From positions 3,552,001-3,616,000 of the forward strand of contig OY761159.2 in the NCBI GenBank assembly GCA_963664395.2: 64,000 nt of DNA, written 5' to 3'. Shown here piece after piece: positions 39,778 to 48,802 of this stretch. A program made the position numbers and the translations under genes. The notes beneath the pieces are model-generated. The model was not told the origin of the DNA and made no database searches. It saw only the letters and a program-made list of their open reading frames with translations. The DNA comes from Candidatus Binatia bacterium. Lineage in GTDB: Bacteria; Desulfobacterota; Binatia; Bin18. Numbering within the stretch: position 1 is the stretch's first letter; each line of letters begins with the position of its first letter.

Positions 39778-42393
39778 GTGGATCTCAATCGTTTGACTGA
39801 AAAATCACAAGAAGCCCTACGTCAGGCCCAGGCGCTGGCAACCCGACGGAATAACCAGGGGGTTGATGTTGAGCATGTGTTTGCCGCATTAACCGAATCT
39901 TCCGACGGAATCGTCCCGGCTCTTATCAATCAGGCTGGAGTGTCCCTCGGTTCCGTTACCGCCGAGCTTGAAAAGGTGCTGAGTCGCATTCCGCAGGTGT
40001 CCGGCCCGGCGAGTGGCCCCGTCTATGTCACCCAGCGCTTGTCACAGCTGCTCACCCGCGCTGAAGATGAAGCCAAAGAACTCAAAGACGACTATGTGAG
40101 CGTCGAGCATGTGCTCTTAGCCATGCTGGAAGACGATGGAGCGACGGGCCGGTTACTGCGCGACCGTGGCCTCAGCCGCGAGCGCGTGCTCACCGCGCTC
40201 CAGAAAGTCCGTGGCCACCAACGTGTGACCAATCAGAATCCGGAGGGAACCTATCAGGCTCTGGAACGCTATGGCCGAGACCTGACGCAGGCGGCAAGTT
40301 TGGGCAAGCTCGATCCGGTCATTGGCCGGGATGATGAAATTCGCCGGATCGTGCAGGTGCTCTCTCGCCGCACAAAAAATAATCCGGTGCTGATCGGTGA
40401 GCCGGGTGTGGGCAAGACCGCTATTGTGGAAGGGCTGGCGCAACGCATCGTCAGCGGCGATGTGCCGGAGAGTCTGAAGAATCGCCGGGTGATTGTCCTG
40501 GATATGGGCGCTCTGATTGCCGGTGCAAAATTTCGGGGGGAGTTTGAAGAGCGGCTCAAAGCCGTGCTCAAAGAAGTTCAGGAGTCTGAGGGCGAAGTGG
40601 TGCTGTTTATCGACGAGTTGCATACGGTGGTGGGGGCCGGCGCAACCGAGGGCGCTATGGACGCGGCCAATCTGCTGAAGCCGATGCTGGCCCGCGGCGA
40701 GTTGCACTGTATCGGGGCGACCACGCTCAATGAGTATCGTCAATACGTGGAAAAGGACCGCGCCCTGGAACGGCGCTTCCAGCCGGTCACGGTTGACCAG
40801 CCGTCCGTGGAAGACACAATTTCCATTTTGCGGGGACTGCGCGAACGCTATGAAATCCACCACGGGGTTCGCATCAAAGACGCGGCGCTGGTGACCTCGG
40901 CGGTATTGTCGCAGCGCTACATCAGTGATCGCTTTCTGCCGGATAAAGCGATTGATCTGGTGGATGAAGCCGCGGCCCGGCTGCGCACCGAGATTGACTC
41001 CATGCCGACTGAACTGGACGAAGTGTCCAGGCGGGTGATGCAGCTTGAAATCGAACGCGAAGCCTTACGCAAGGAGACGGACCAGGCCTCGCAGGCTCGG
41101 CTGGAGAAGCTGGAAAAGGAGCTGGCGGATTGTCAGGCCGAGGCGGCGGCGCTGAGAGCCCGGTGGGAGATGGAGAAGGGCAGTATCGGTCAGTTGCGCA
41201 GTATTAAGGAAGCCATTGAGCAGACCAGACGCGCTATTGAAAAAGCCGAACGCGACTACGACCTCAACCGGGTGGCTGAACTCAAATACGGCACGTTGGC
41301 CCAGCTTGAGCGCGACCTGGCGGATGGGGAAGCGAAGCTCCAGAGCGAACAGGGCCCGAGTCGCCTCCTCAAGGAAGAGGTTGATGAAGACGATATTGCC
41401 GCCATTATCTCACGCTGGACGGGTATTCCCGTTTCAAGGCTGCTCGAAGGTGAACGGGAGAAATTATTGCACCTCGGTGAGTTGCTGCATCAACGGCTGA
41501 TCGGCCAGGAGGAAGCCGTTCAGGCGGTGGCCGACGCGGTTATTCGAGCCCGCTCGGGGCTCAAAGATCCCAACCGTCCGATTGGGTCGTTCATCTTTCT
41601 GGGGCCGACCGGGGTGGGGAAAACCGAACTGGCGCGTGCGCTGGCTGAATTTTTGTTCGATGATGAGACCAATATGGTCCGGCTCGATATGTCGGAATAC
41701 ATGGAGAAGCATACGGTCGCGCGTCTCATTGGTGCGCCTCCGGGGTATGTGGGCTATGACGAAGGCGGGCAACTGACCGAGGCGGTCCGGCGGAAACCCT
41801 ACGCGGTCATCCTGTTTGACGAGATCGAAAAAGCCCACCCTGATGTCTTCAATGCGCTGCTTCAGATTCTGGACGATGGGCGGCTGACCGACGGTCATGG
41901 ACGAACGGTTGACTTTAAGAACACCGTTATCATCATGACCTCGAACGTAGGCAGCCAGTTGATCTTGGGCTATCGGGGCGGTGATGATGCCGAGGCGTAT
42001 GAGCGCATGAAGAGAGATGTGCTGGATGCTCTGCGGAACGAATTCCGACCGGAATTTTTGAATCGGGTCGATGAAATCGTAGTGTTCCACAGTCTGAACC
42101 GAGAGCACTTGAAACAGATCGTCGAGATCCAGCTTGCGCACTTGCGGGAGCGGTTGGCCGAACGGCAAATCACGCTCGAACTGACGGAAAGCGCTAAGGA
42201 ATACTTCGCCCAAACCGGCTATGACCCAACCTATGGGGCTCGCCCGCTCAAGCGTCTCCTGCAGAAAGAGATAGAGACCTATCTTGGCCGAAAAATCATC
42301 GCCGGTGAGGTGGCCGAGAACGCCCACGTGATCATTGACTACGACCGCCACGCCCTCACCTTCTCCACCTCACCTGTGGCGGCGGTTGCGTAG
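39778..42393 (+). CDS. clpB: ATP-dependent chaperone ClpB
   Basis: Two AAA modules ([16 protein letters not shown]), coiled-coil M domain, [12 protein letters not shown]; GTG start after GGAGG. Confidence 0.97.
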   Translation: MDLNRLTEKSQEALRQAQALATRRNNQGVDVEHVFAALTESSDGIVPALINQAGVSLGSVTAELEKVLSRIPQVSGPASGPVYVTQRLSQLLTRAEDEAKELKDDYVSVEHVLLAMLEDDGATGRLLRDRGLSRERVLTALQKVRGHQRVTNQNPEGTYQALERYGRDLTQAASLGKLDPVIGRDDEIRRIVQVLSRRTKNNPVLIGEPGVGKTAIVEGLAQRIVSGDVPESLKNRRVIVLDMGALIAGAKFRGEFEERLKAVLKEVQESEGEVVLFIDELHTVVGAGATEGAMDAANLLKPMLARGELHCIGATTLNEYRQYVEKDRALERRFQPVTVDQPSVEDTISILRGLRERYEIHHGVRIKDAALVTSAVLSQRYISDRFLPDKAIDLVDEAAARLRTEIDSMPTELDEVSRRVMQLEIEREALRKETDQASQARLEKLEKELADCQAEAAALRARWEMEKGSIGQLRSIKEAIEQTRRAIEKAERDYDLNRVAELKYGTLAQLERDLADGEAKLQSEQGPSRLLKEEVDEDDIAAIISRWTGIPVSRLLEGEREKLLHLGELLHQRLIGQEEAVQAVADAVIRARSGLKDPNRPIGSFIFLGPTGVGKTELARALAEFLFDDETNMVRLDMSEYMEKHTVARLIGAPPGYVGYDEGGQLTEAVRRKPYAVILFDEIEKAHPDVFNALLQILDDGRLTDGHGRTVDFKNTVIIMTSNVGSQLILGYRGGDDAEAYERMKRDVLDALRNEFRPEFLNRVDEIVVFHSLNREHLKQIVEIQLAHLRERLAERQITLELTESAKEYFAQTGYDPTYGARPLKRLLQKEIETYLGRKIIAGEVAENAHVIIDYDRHALTFSTSPVAAVA

Positions 42394-42495
42394 ATTCGTA
42401 CCGTAACGCCCACCGGGCTGTTGCGTGTTCATAGTGAGGAGAGAGAGGGTTGTCTTCCCTCTTCCTCAAGATCCAGAATAAAACCACGTTCTTGT

Positions 42496-42630
42496 AAATG
42501 GCCTTTTTTAATTGACTTTTTGGCCATTTCTTTCTACAGTCCCCCCTCTAAGGCAAGTAGAGCTTCCTACTTGCCCTATGTTCGAGATACTCGAAATGGA
42601 AAGAGGAGACTCCTAAGAGGAGGTATCTCT
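42496..42630 (+). promoter_or_regulatory. Sigma70 promoter with flanking inverted repeat and three-hairpin 5' leader
   Basis: TTGACT(42512)-N17-TACAGT(42535); AAATGGCC/GGCCATTT inverted repeat; hairpins at 42552-42575, 42581-42595 and 42602-42630. Confidence 0.5.
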
Positions 42631-44037
42631 ATGCTGAATGAAACCACTCGCAATTTTTATATTTCAACCCAGTCCCCAATTGCCCTGACGGCTGAATCCT
42701 CCGCTGAATCCTCCGCTCCGCGCTTTAAGGTGTATAATGAGCGCCACCTTGACCAGATTCCGCAACTGCAAAAATTATCTGCTGAGCAACGTTTTAATAT
42801 GCGCGTGGTGTCCAGTGTCTTGCCCTTTCGCATCAACCCTTACGTCATCGAGAATCTCATTGATTGGGATAATATACCCGATGATCCCATGTTCCAGCTG
42901 ACGTTTCCGCAGCCTGGGATGTTAATGCCGGAAGACTTTGATCGCATAGCTGGTCTGCTCAGGAAAGGGGCGGATCGAATCGCGATCAAAGCCGCCGCAG
43001 ATGAGATCCGTATCCGGCTGAACCCGCATCCTGCCGGCCAACAGCAGATGAATGTCCCGCTCATGGCCGGCGAATCTCTCCCCGGCATGCAGCATAAGTA
43101 TCGCGAGACCGTACTCTTTTTTCCAAGCCAGGGTCAGACGTGCCATACGTATTGCACCTTCTGTTTCCGCTGGGCGCAGTTCGTGGGTATTCAAGAGTTG
43201 CGTTTTAATTCAAATGACGCCGGCCAACTCCACGGTTATCTGGCCTCACAGCCGCAGGTGAGTGATCTGCTCATGACGGGTGGAGACCCGATGGTCATGA
43301 AAACCCACCATTTGGCTGAATACCTGCGTCCTTTGCTCCAACCGGAGTTCGACCACGTCCAAACCATCCGGATTGGAACAAAAGCGCTCACCTACTGGCC
43401 CTTCCGCTTTACGCGCGATGCTGATGCCGACGATCTCATGCGGTTGTTTGAGCAGCTTATCGCTGCCGGGAAACACGTGGCGCTCATGGCGCACTATAAC
43501 CACTGGAGAGAATTGGAGCAGCCACAGGCCCGTGAGGCCATTCGGCGTGTGCGCTCGACTGGAGTCGTCATCCGTGGTCAGGGACCGCTCCTGGCCCATA
43601 TTAACGATGACGCTGCGGTGTGGACCCGTCTGTGGCGGACACAAGTACGATTGGGGATCATTCCGTACTATATGTTTGTTGAACGCGATACCGGTGCGCG
43701 GTGTTATTTTGAGGTGCCTTTAGCCCACGCGTGTGAGATTTATCGCGAGGCTATTTCCCAGGTATCCGGTCTGGCGCGCACCGCCCGTGGCCCGTCTATG
43801 AGTGCGGGGCCGGGCAAAGTCGAGGTGCAGGGCGTCGCTGAAATAGGTGGCGAAAAGGTCTTTATCTTGCGCTTTATCCAGGGTCGCAATGCCGATTGGG
43901 TTCAGCGGCCGTTCTTTGCCAAGTTTGATCCCAACGCGACCTGGCTCGATCACCTCAAGCCAGCCGGTGGAGAACCCCACTTTTTCTTTGAGCCTGAATA
44001 CCGGGCAATACAGATGCGGGCTTCAGCCGGACATTGA
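42631..44037 (+). CDS. KamA-family radical SAM / PLP aminomutase-like protein
   Basis: HKYRETVLFF, CHTYCTFCFR (CxxxCxxC), TGGDPM, PYYMF, GPGKV. Confidence 0.88.
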   Translation: MLNETTRNFYISTQSPIALTAESSAESSAPRFKVYNERHLDQIPQLQKLSAEQRFNMRVVSSVLPFRINPYVIENLIDWDNIPDDPMFQLTFPQPGMLMPEDFDRIAGLLRKGADRIAIKAAADEIRIRLNPHPAGQQQMNVPLMAGESLPGMQHKYRETVLFFPSQGQTCHTYCTFCFRWAQFVGIQELRFNSNDAGQLHGYLASQPQVSDLLMTGGDPMVMKTHHLAEYLRPLLQPEFDHVQTIRIGTKALTYWPFRFTRDADADDLMRLFEQLIAAGKHVALMAHYNHWRELEQPQAREAIRRVRSTGVVIRGQGPLLAHINDDAAVWTRLWRTQVRLGIIPYYMFVERDTGARCYFEVPLAHACEIYREAISQVSGLARTARGPSMSAGPGKVEVQGVAEIGGEKVFILRFIQGRNADWVQRPFFAKFDPNATWLDHLKPAGGEPHFFFEPEYRAIQMRASAGH

Positions 44038-44052
44038 GTCTGCTCACGCGGG

Positions 44053-44274
44053 CTACTCACGGGGCTTGAGCATCCGAATACGACGCACCGGCGGATGGCC
44101 GGGGGTGTCATCCACAAAGGTGAGGTGCTCAGCCTCACAGGCGGGACAGATAATCAGCGTCCCGTATTTTTCATGCTCGACCATGGGTGGCCAGTTCCCG
44201 TCCGCCGGCTCACCATAGTTGCTCATTTGGTAGAGTGCTTCCGCACACATCAGACAGTGCTGGGATTTTGCCAT
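44053..44274 (-). CDS. Small protein with two CxxC motifs (zinc-ribbon-like)
   Basis: HCLMCAE...ICPACEAEH; AGGAGGAG RBS upstream. Confidence 0.7.
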   Translation of the reverse strand: MAKSQHCLMCAEALYQMSNYGEPADGNWPPMVEHEKYGTLIICPACEAEHLTFVDDTPGHPPVRRIRMLKPRE

Positions 44275-44460
44275 ACGCTGACTCCTCCTCCTTCAGTCGC
44301 CCAGTCGTAGTGGGTCGTCTTTCTCCGAGGTTGTACAAGTCCTTCAGTCGTCTGCCCTCCTCCTTACGTCCTGCTTCATCTTGACGCTCTGGTTGACGCT
44401 TTGGGGGGGACGGGGTAGGTCTTTTATGTCCGGCGGCCACAGCCGCAAAAAGGAGACGGC

Positions 44461-44925
44461 ATGTTCGAATATAACATGGAGCACCTCTTTTCCTATACCG
44501 CCACCCTGGAGATGCCGCCTGAAACAATAGGCCCGGTGCCCGAAGGCGTCCGGGTCAATGTGTATATCACAGGTGGAGAAGTTGAAGGTCCCAAACTGCA
44601 AGGCAAGCTGCGTCCGGTTGGCGCGGACTGGCTGACTATCCGACCCGATGGGGTGGCGTCTCTCGATGTGCGTGCGACCGTTGAGGCCCACGACGGTGCC
44701 TTGATCTATGTGACCTATAAAGGGGTGTTGGATTTAGGCGCGGACGGCTATCAGAAATTTTTGAATGGCGAGCTGCCACCCAGCGGCGCGCCGATTCGGA
44801 CGAATCCATGCTGTCATACCTCACATCCTGACTATGTGTGGATGAATCGTTGCCTGTGTGTTGGGGTGGGAGAAGCGTATCTGGAACGGGGTGAGGTGCG
44901 CTACGATGTGTATGCGGTCCGCTAG
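44461..44925 (+). CDS. DUF3237 family beta-barrel protein
   Basis: IGPVPEG.R, GGEVEGPKLQG, GADWLTIRPDG..LDVR, YVWMN. Confidence 0.88.
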   Translation: MFEYNMEHLFSYTATLEMPPETIGPVPEGVRVNVYITGGEVEGPKLQGKLRPVGADWLTIRPDGVASLDVRATVEAHDGALIYVTYKGVLDLGADGYQKFLNGELPPSGAPIRTNPCCHTSHPDYVWMNRCLCVGVGEAYLERGEVRYDVYAVR

Positions 44926-44937
44926 GGGTATGCGAGA

Positions 44938-45504
44938 ATGTATATGAGAAAACTGAAGTGGAAACGGAAATATCTTGCCTATTGGTGCGCAGCCCTCACA
45001 GCTGGCCTCCTGCTGTGGGAGCGTCCCGTTGGTGCCGCGGTTGAGGTCGGGAGTCCCGCGCCGGAGTTTTGTTTGCCCACGCAGGACGGCGAGTCTGTCT
45101 GTCTCAAAGATTTTAAGGGGGAACGGAATGTCCTGCTGCTTTTTTATATTTTGGACTTTACACCCGGCTGAACCCTTCAGTTAGCAACCGGGCAGGAAGC
45201 CCGGCAGGAAAAACAACTCGACGCTGTGGTCCTGGGAATCAGTACGAACCACACCGCTTCCCAGCGCATATTTCGCGAACGACTGGCCCTCAACTATCCG
45301 TTGCTGAGTGCTTTTGATGCCCCCGAGGTAGTTGAAAACTATGTGGGCTGGCTGGACCGGGAAAAGCGGCTCAGTAAGAGAGCCTATGTCCTTATCGATA
45401 CGGACGGGATAGTGCGTTTTGTCCGGGTCATGCAGAACCCCGGAGAGGTCCTTTCCGTGAGTGAGATAGAGGCTGAGCTGGCCAGGCTCAAAGCGACGCA
45501 GTAA
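44938..45504 (+). CDS. Selenocysteine-containing peroxiredoxin (AhpC/TSA family) with signal peptide
   Basis: FYILDFTPG-TGA(45169)-TLQL continues in frame into VLGIST...KRAYVLIDTDGIVR. The TGA sits at the peroxidatic FTPxC position, with a SECIS-like hairpin downstream. Confidence 0.85.
45169..45204 (+). promoter_or_regulatory. UGA plus bacterial SECIS-like hairpin
   Basis: CCGGGC-AGGAA-GCCCGG (45188-45204); the loop starts 22 nt after UGA with G at loop position 2. Confidence 0.65.
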
Positions 45505-45538
45505 CAACCTGCGAGGGACGATAAAGGGAGGTCCGATA

Positions 45539-46258
45539 ATGCAGGCACGTGTCCTCTGGTTCCCATTCGTGAGTGCCGTTGTCCTGACCGCTGGTCTATG
45601 GATCTCGCCAGCTTTCACCCAGGCGCAGAATGCCCCGGCCGGGCCGGGCCGGAATTCCCGGGATGTTGGTGCCCCGCAAGTGCTGGAGATTCCTGTCCAG
45701 AGCACACAACCGTCCGGTCCTGTCGAAACCCCGTCGCAATTGTCCGACTTCGGAGACCTTGACCCAAACAGAGACTGGTCCTCTCCCGCAATGGACAGCC
45801 AGTTCCCTGACTGGTCTGAGCCGTCTTTTGAGACGGCCGAGCTCAAACGGACCTATCTCGGGGTACTGTATGCAACAGCTGAGAAGGGGCCAGAGGGAGT
45901 CCAGGTATTAAGCGTGATCGAGGGGAGCCCGGCGGACCGTTCAGGTTTTGAAGGCGTGAATACGCCTGCTCGGGACACCAGGAATGATTTCATGAAGGTG
46001 GCTATCGTTGCGCTGGCCCTGTCGCCGGCCGGCCCGTTTGTGATGCCACTCGCTATTGCTCACGATATCTACAAGAATCGCCATCCTCCCGGTGATCTTA
46101 TTGTAGCGGTCGAGAATGATACGGTTCGGAACGCACAGGAATTTATCGCAGCCATGCAGCGCTACCAACCTGGAGACCGGGTGTCCTTTACCGTCCTCCG
46201 AAAGAATCAGCCCCTCCAAATGACCGTGACGCTCGAAGAAGAACCGTTGTCACCGTAG
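45539..46258 (+). CDS. Exported PDZ-domain protein
   Basis: Signal peptide; YLGV...GVQVLSVIEGSPADRSG; GDLIVAVE; PGDRVSFTVLR. Confidence 0.78.
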   Translation: MQARVLWFPFVSAVVLTAGLWISPAFTQAQNAPAGPGRNSRDVGAPQVLEIPVQSTQPSGPVETPSQLSDFGDLDPNRDWSSPAMDSQFPDWSEPSFETAELKRTYLGVLYATAEKGPEGVQVLSVIEGSPADRSGFEGVNTPARDTRNDFMKVAIVALALSPAGPFVMPLAIAHDIYKNRHPPGDLIVAVENDTVRNAQEFIAAMQRYQPGDRVSFTVLRKNQPLQMTVTLEEEPLSP

Positions 46259-46261
46259 GGT

Positions 46262-47170
46262 CTAATCGACCGGGTGCTCACCCGGGTGCTCACCCGGGTG
46301 TTCAGGCAGGTGTCCCACCTGGGTGCGGAAGGCGTTGACGGTATTGTTCATGAGCATGGACACGGTCACCGGCCCGACGCCGCCTGGAACCGGCGTAATA
46401 AATGCGGCACGTTCTCTGGCCGTGTCAAATTCCACATCGCCCACGAGGTGTGAGCCCACCTGATTGATGCCAACATCGATCACGGCTGCCCCAGGACGAA
46501 TCCAATCGCCCTTGATCAGTGCGGGAGAACCGACGGCCACAACGAGGACTTCTGCCCGCCGGACGTGCCCGGCTAACAGCCCCCGCTGAGCAGTCGCGAT
46601 ATGACAGATGGTCACGGTGGCTAAGCGGTCGACCAGCATCAGGCTGAGCGGCTTGCCCACCAGATCGCTGTGTCCGACAATAACCGCCTCTTTGCCTTCC
46701 ATATCGATCCCGGTTGCGTCCAACAGGCGCATGACGGCCAGAGCGGTACAGGAGCCAATGCGCATCTCTCCGGTGACTGCGGCCCCGACATTTTCCGGAT
46801 GGGTGCCATCCACATCTTTCTGCGGGGCAATATGGTTGACCAGGACAGAGCGACGTAAATGCTCAGGCAGTGGGAGCTGAATGATCACCCCGGTGACTTC
46901 AGGGTCCTGATTCAACTGCTCTAAACGGCGCAGCACCTCAGCCTCTTGGGCATTATCCGGGAGGTGGTACCAGCGATACTCAATCCCCAACCCGCGGGCA
47001 ATCCGATTCATGGATCGAATATAGACTTCGATAGCCGGGTTCGAGCCAATATAAATACTGACTAGAACAGGTCTGCGTCCGGTGCGCTGGATCAACTCTG
47101 AAATGTCCGCTCCAAGTTCCGCATAGACTGACTGGGCAATGAGCTTGCCTTTGACGATCTGGGCACTCAT
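46262..47170 (-). CDS. folD: Bifunctional methylene-THF dehydrogenase/cyclohydrolase
   Basis: GVIIQLPLP, KDVDG, VGKP, IDVGIN, ITPVPGGVGPVT. Confidence 0.95.
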   Translation of the reverse strand: MSAQIVKGKLIAQSVYAELGADISELIQRTGRRPVLVSIYIGSNPAIEVYIRSMNRIARGLGIEYRWYHLPDNAQEAEVLRRLEQLNQDPEVTGVIIQLPLPEHLRRSVLVNHIAPQKDVDGTHPENVGAAVTGEMRIGSCTALAVMRLLDATGIDMEGKEAVIVGHSDLVGKPLSLMLVDRLATVTICHIATAQRGLLAGHVRRAEVLVVAVGSPALIKGDWIRPGAAVIDVGINQVGSHLVGDVEFDTARERAAFITPVPGGVGPVTVSMLMNNTVNAFRTQVGHLPEHPGEHPGEHPVD

Positions 47171-47264
47171 GCCGGGACGGTATCATTTGACACAAACGGG
47201 CGGAAGCGGGCCGCCTAGCTCAGCCGCCGATTTCGTGATAGGCGGGGAGCGTAAAGGGTGGCGT

Positions 47265-47435
47265 ATGAAGACATTTTTCGAGCGGTTTGTGGATGAGATA
47301 GTCCGCAAGAGAGACGCTGGAGAAATCGACGAGGAAAAGGCCCGGCAATGGATAACCGAGATCCAGCAACGGCTGGAGGAACACGCTGAACAGCACCCCA
47401 CTGCCCCTATTGTCCAAATGCCGGTAAAACACTAG
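47265..47435 (+). CDS. Hypothetical small helical protein (56 aa)
   Basis: MKTFFERFVDEIVRKRDAGEIDEEKARQWITEIQQRL...; fills the folD-ispG gap, co-oriented with ispG. Confidence 0.5.
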   Translation: MKTFFERFVDEIVRKRDAGEIDEEKARQWITEIQQRLEEHAEQHPTAPIVQMPVKH

Positions 47436-47456
47436 CCGTCAGAAGTGGTTGAAAAC

Positions 47457-48617
47457 ATGCTGAAAAGAAAACCTACACGTGCAGTACGCATTGGCAAGGT
47501 CCAAGTTGGGGCGGGCGGACCCATCGTTGTGCAGAGTATGTGCGCAACCAAAACAACGAATATCGATGCCACTGTCGCCCAAGTCCACCAACTGGAAGAG
47601 GCCGGAGCGGGTATTGTCCGCATTGCGGTGGACAATCTCAAGGAGGCTGTGGCCCTCAAAGAGATCCGAGCCCAGACCTCGGCGACCTTATCCGTAGATC
47701 TCCAAGAGAATTACAAAGTTGCTGATCAAGTGGCACCCCATGTTGACAAAATCCGGTATAACCCCGGCCATCTGCATCACATTGAAAAGCGTAAAACTAT
47801 CCCGGAAAAGGTCGCCTGGCTGGTTGATGTCGCCAGAGAACATGATGTCGCCCTCCGGATTGGAGTCAACTGTGGTTCGGTGGCTCCTGCCTTCCTTGAA
47901 AAATATCCCGGCGATCAGATGGAAGCCTTGCTCCAATCGACCCTGTATCACTGTCAACTCATGGAAGACCTGAAATACGAGCGATTCGTTGTTTCGCTCA
48001 AAGACTCCGACCCTGGTAAGGTCGTCGAAGCCAATACGCGGTTTTCTCAAGCACGGCCGGATGTCCCCCTCCATCTGGGTGTGACAGAAGCTGGTTTACC
48101 GCCGGATGGCGTGATCAAGAGCCGGATTGCTTTTGAAAAGCTTTTGGCCAACGGTGTGGGCGATACGATTCGCGTGTCCTTGACCTTGCCCAATGAGCGG
48201 AAACACGAGGAAGTCACCGCGGGTTTCACCATTATCAAGGATACCCAACAGGGCCGTTTTATCTCGGTACCCGACTTCGGCAAGGGCCTGAATATCATCT
48301 CCTGTCCAAGTTGCTCGCGGGTTGAGAATGAGAAATTTGTCGAGCTTGCGCAGGAGGTCAAGGAAATGTCCACCTACGCCAAGCAGCATGACATCACCAT
48401 TGCCGTCATGGGCTGTCGGGTGAACGGCCCTGGAGAAACGGATGATGCGGATTTGGGTCTCTGGTGTGGCCCCACAACGGTGAATCTCAAGAAGAAGAGC
48501 GTCAAGCTGGGCTACTTCGGGTACGACGTTGTCCTGGGCCGTCTCAAAGAAGAAATTGACCAGCTGATTGCCGCACGTGGCTCGGAAGCTGCCGCCGACC
48601 ATACACCGACATCGTAG
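47457..48617 (+). CDS. ispG: (E)-4-hydroxy-3-methylbut-2-enyl-diphosphate synthase
   Basis: [55 protein letters not shown]. Confidence 0.96.
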   Translation: MLKRKPTRAVRIGKVQVGAGGPIVVQSMCATKTTNIDATVAQVHQLEEAGAGIVRIAVDNLKEAVALKEIRAQTSATLSVDLQENYKVADQVAPHVDKIRYNPGHLHHIEKRKTIPEKVAWLVDVAREHDVALRIGVNCGSVAPAFLEKYPGDQMEALLQSTLYHCQLMEDLKYERFVVSLKDSDPGKVVEANTRFSQARPDVPLHLGVTEAGLPPDGVIKSRIAFEKLLANGVGDTIRVSLTLPNERKHEEVTAGFTIIKDTQQGRFISVPDFGKGLNIISCPSCSRVENEKFVELAQEVKEMSTYAKQHDITIAVMGCRVNGPGETDDADLGLWCGPTTVNLKKKSVKLGYFGYDVVLGRLKEEIDQLIAARGSEAAADHTPTS

Positions 48618-48694
48618 GCGTGCGGCCGGCCGGGTCCTTAGACGGTACCAGGCCGCGTACCCCCCGCCGGACCATCCCCACCCCGGCCCAAGAT

Positions 48695-48789
48695 ACCCAC
48701 CCCGGCCCTTCGGGCCACCCCTCCAAGGAGGGGAACAGAACACATCCCCTCCTTGGAGGGGTGCCGCGTGAGCGGCGGGGTGGGTTTCC
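48695..48789. repeat. Family-A REP doublet (BIME-like) between convergent genes
   Basis: ACCCACCCCGGCCCTTCGGGCCACCCCTCCAAGGAGGGG-AACAGAACACA-TCCCCTCCTTGGAGGGGTGCCGCGTGAGCGGCGGGGTGGGTTTCC. Confidence 0.88.
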
Positions 48790-48802
48790 TTCGGCCGTGC
48801 CT

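Noticed and set aside
39660-39780. CIRCE or HAIR heat-shock operator upstream of clpB
   Set aside because: Only a weak AGTCTT..AAGACT inverted repeat is present; no match to TTAGCACTC-N9-GAGTGCTAA or CTTGAGT-N7-ACTCAAG.
32682-42351. Long antisense ORFs (e.g. 32682-33563, 40153-40863, 41464-42351)
   Set aside because: Shadow ORFs opposite well-supported high-GC genes, with no recognisable motifs.
42631-44037. EF-P beta-lysylation enzyme EpmB
   Set aside because: Longer than typical EpmB and no efp/epmA adjacent; left as KamA family.
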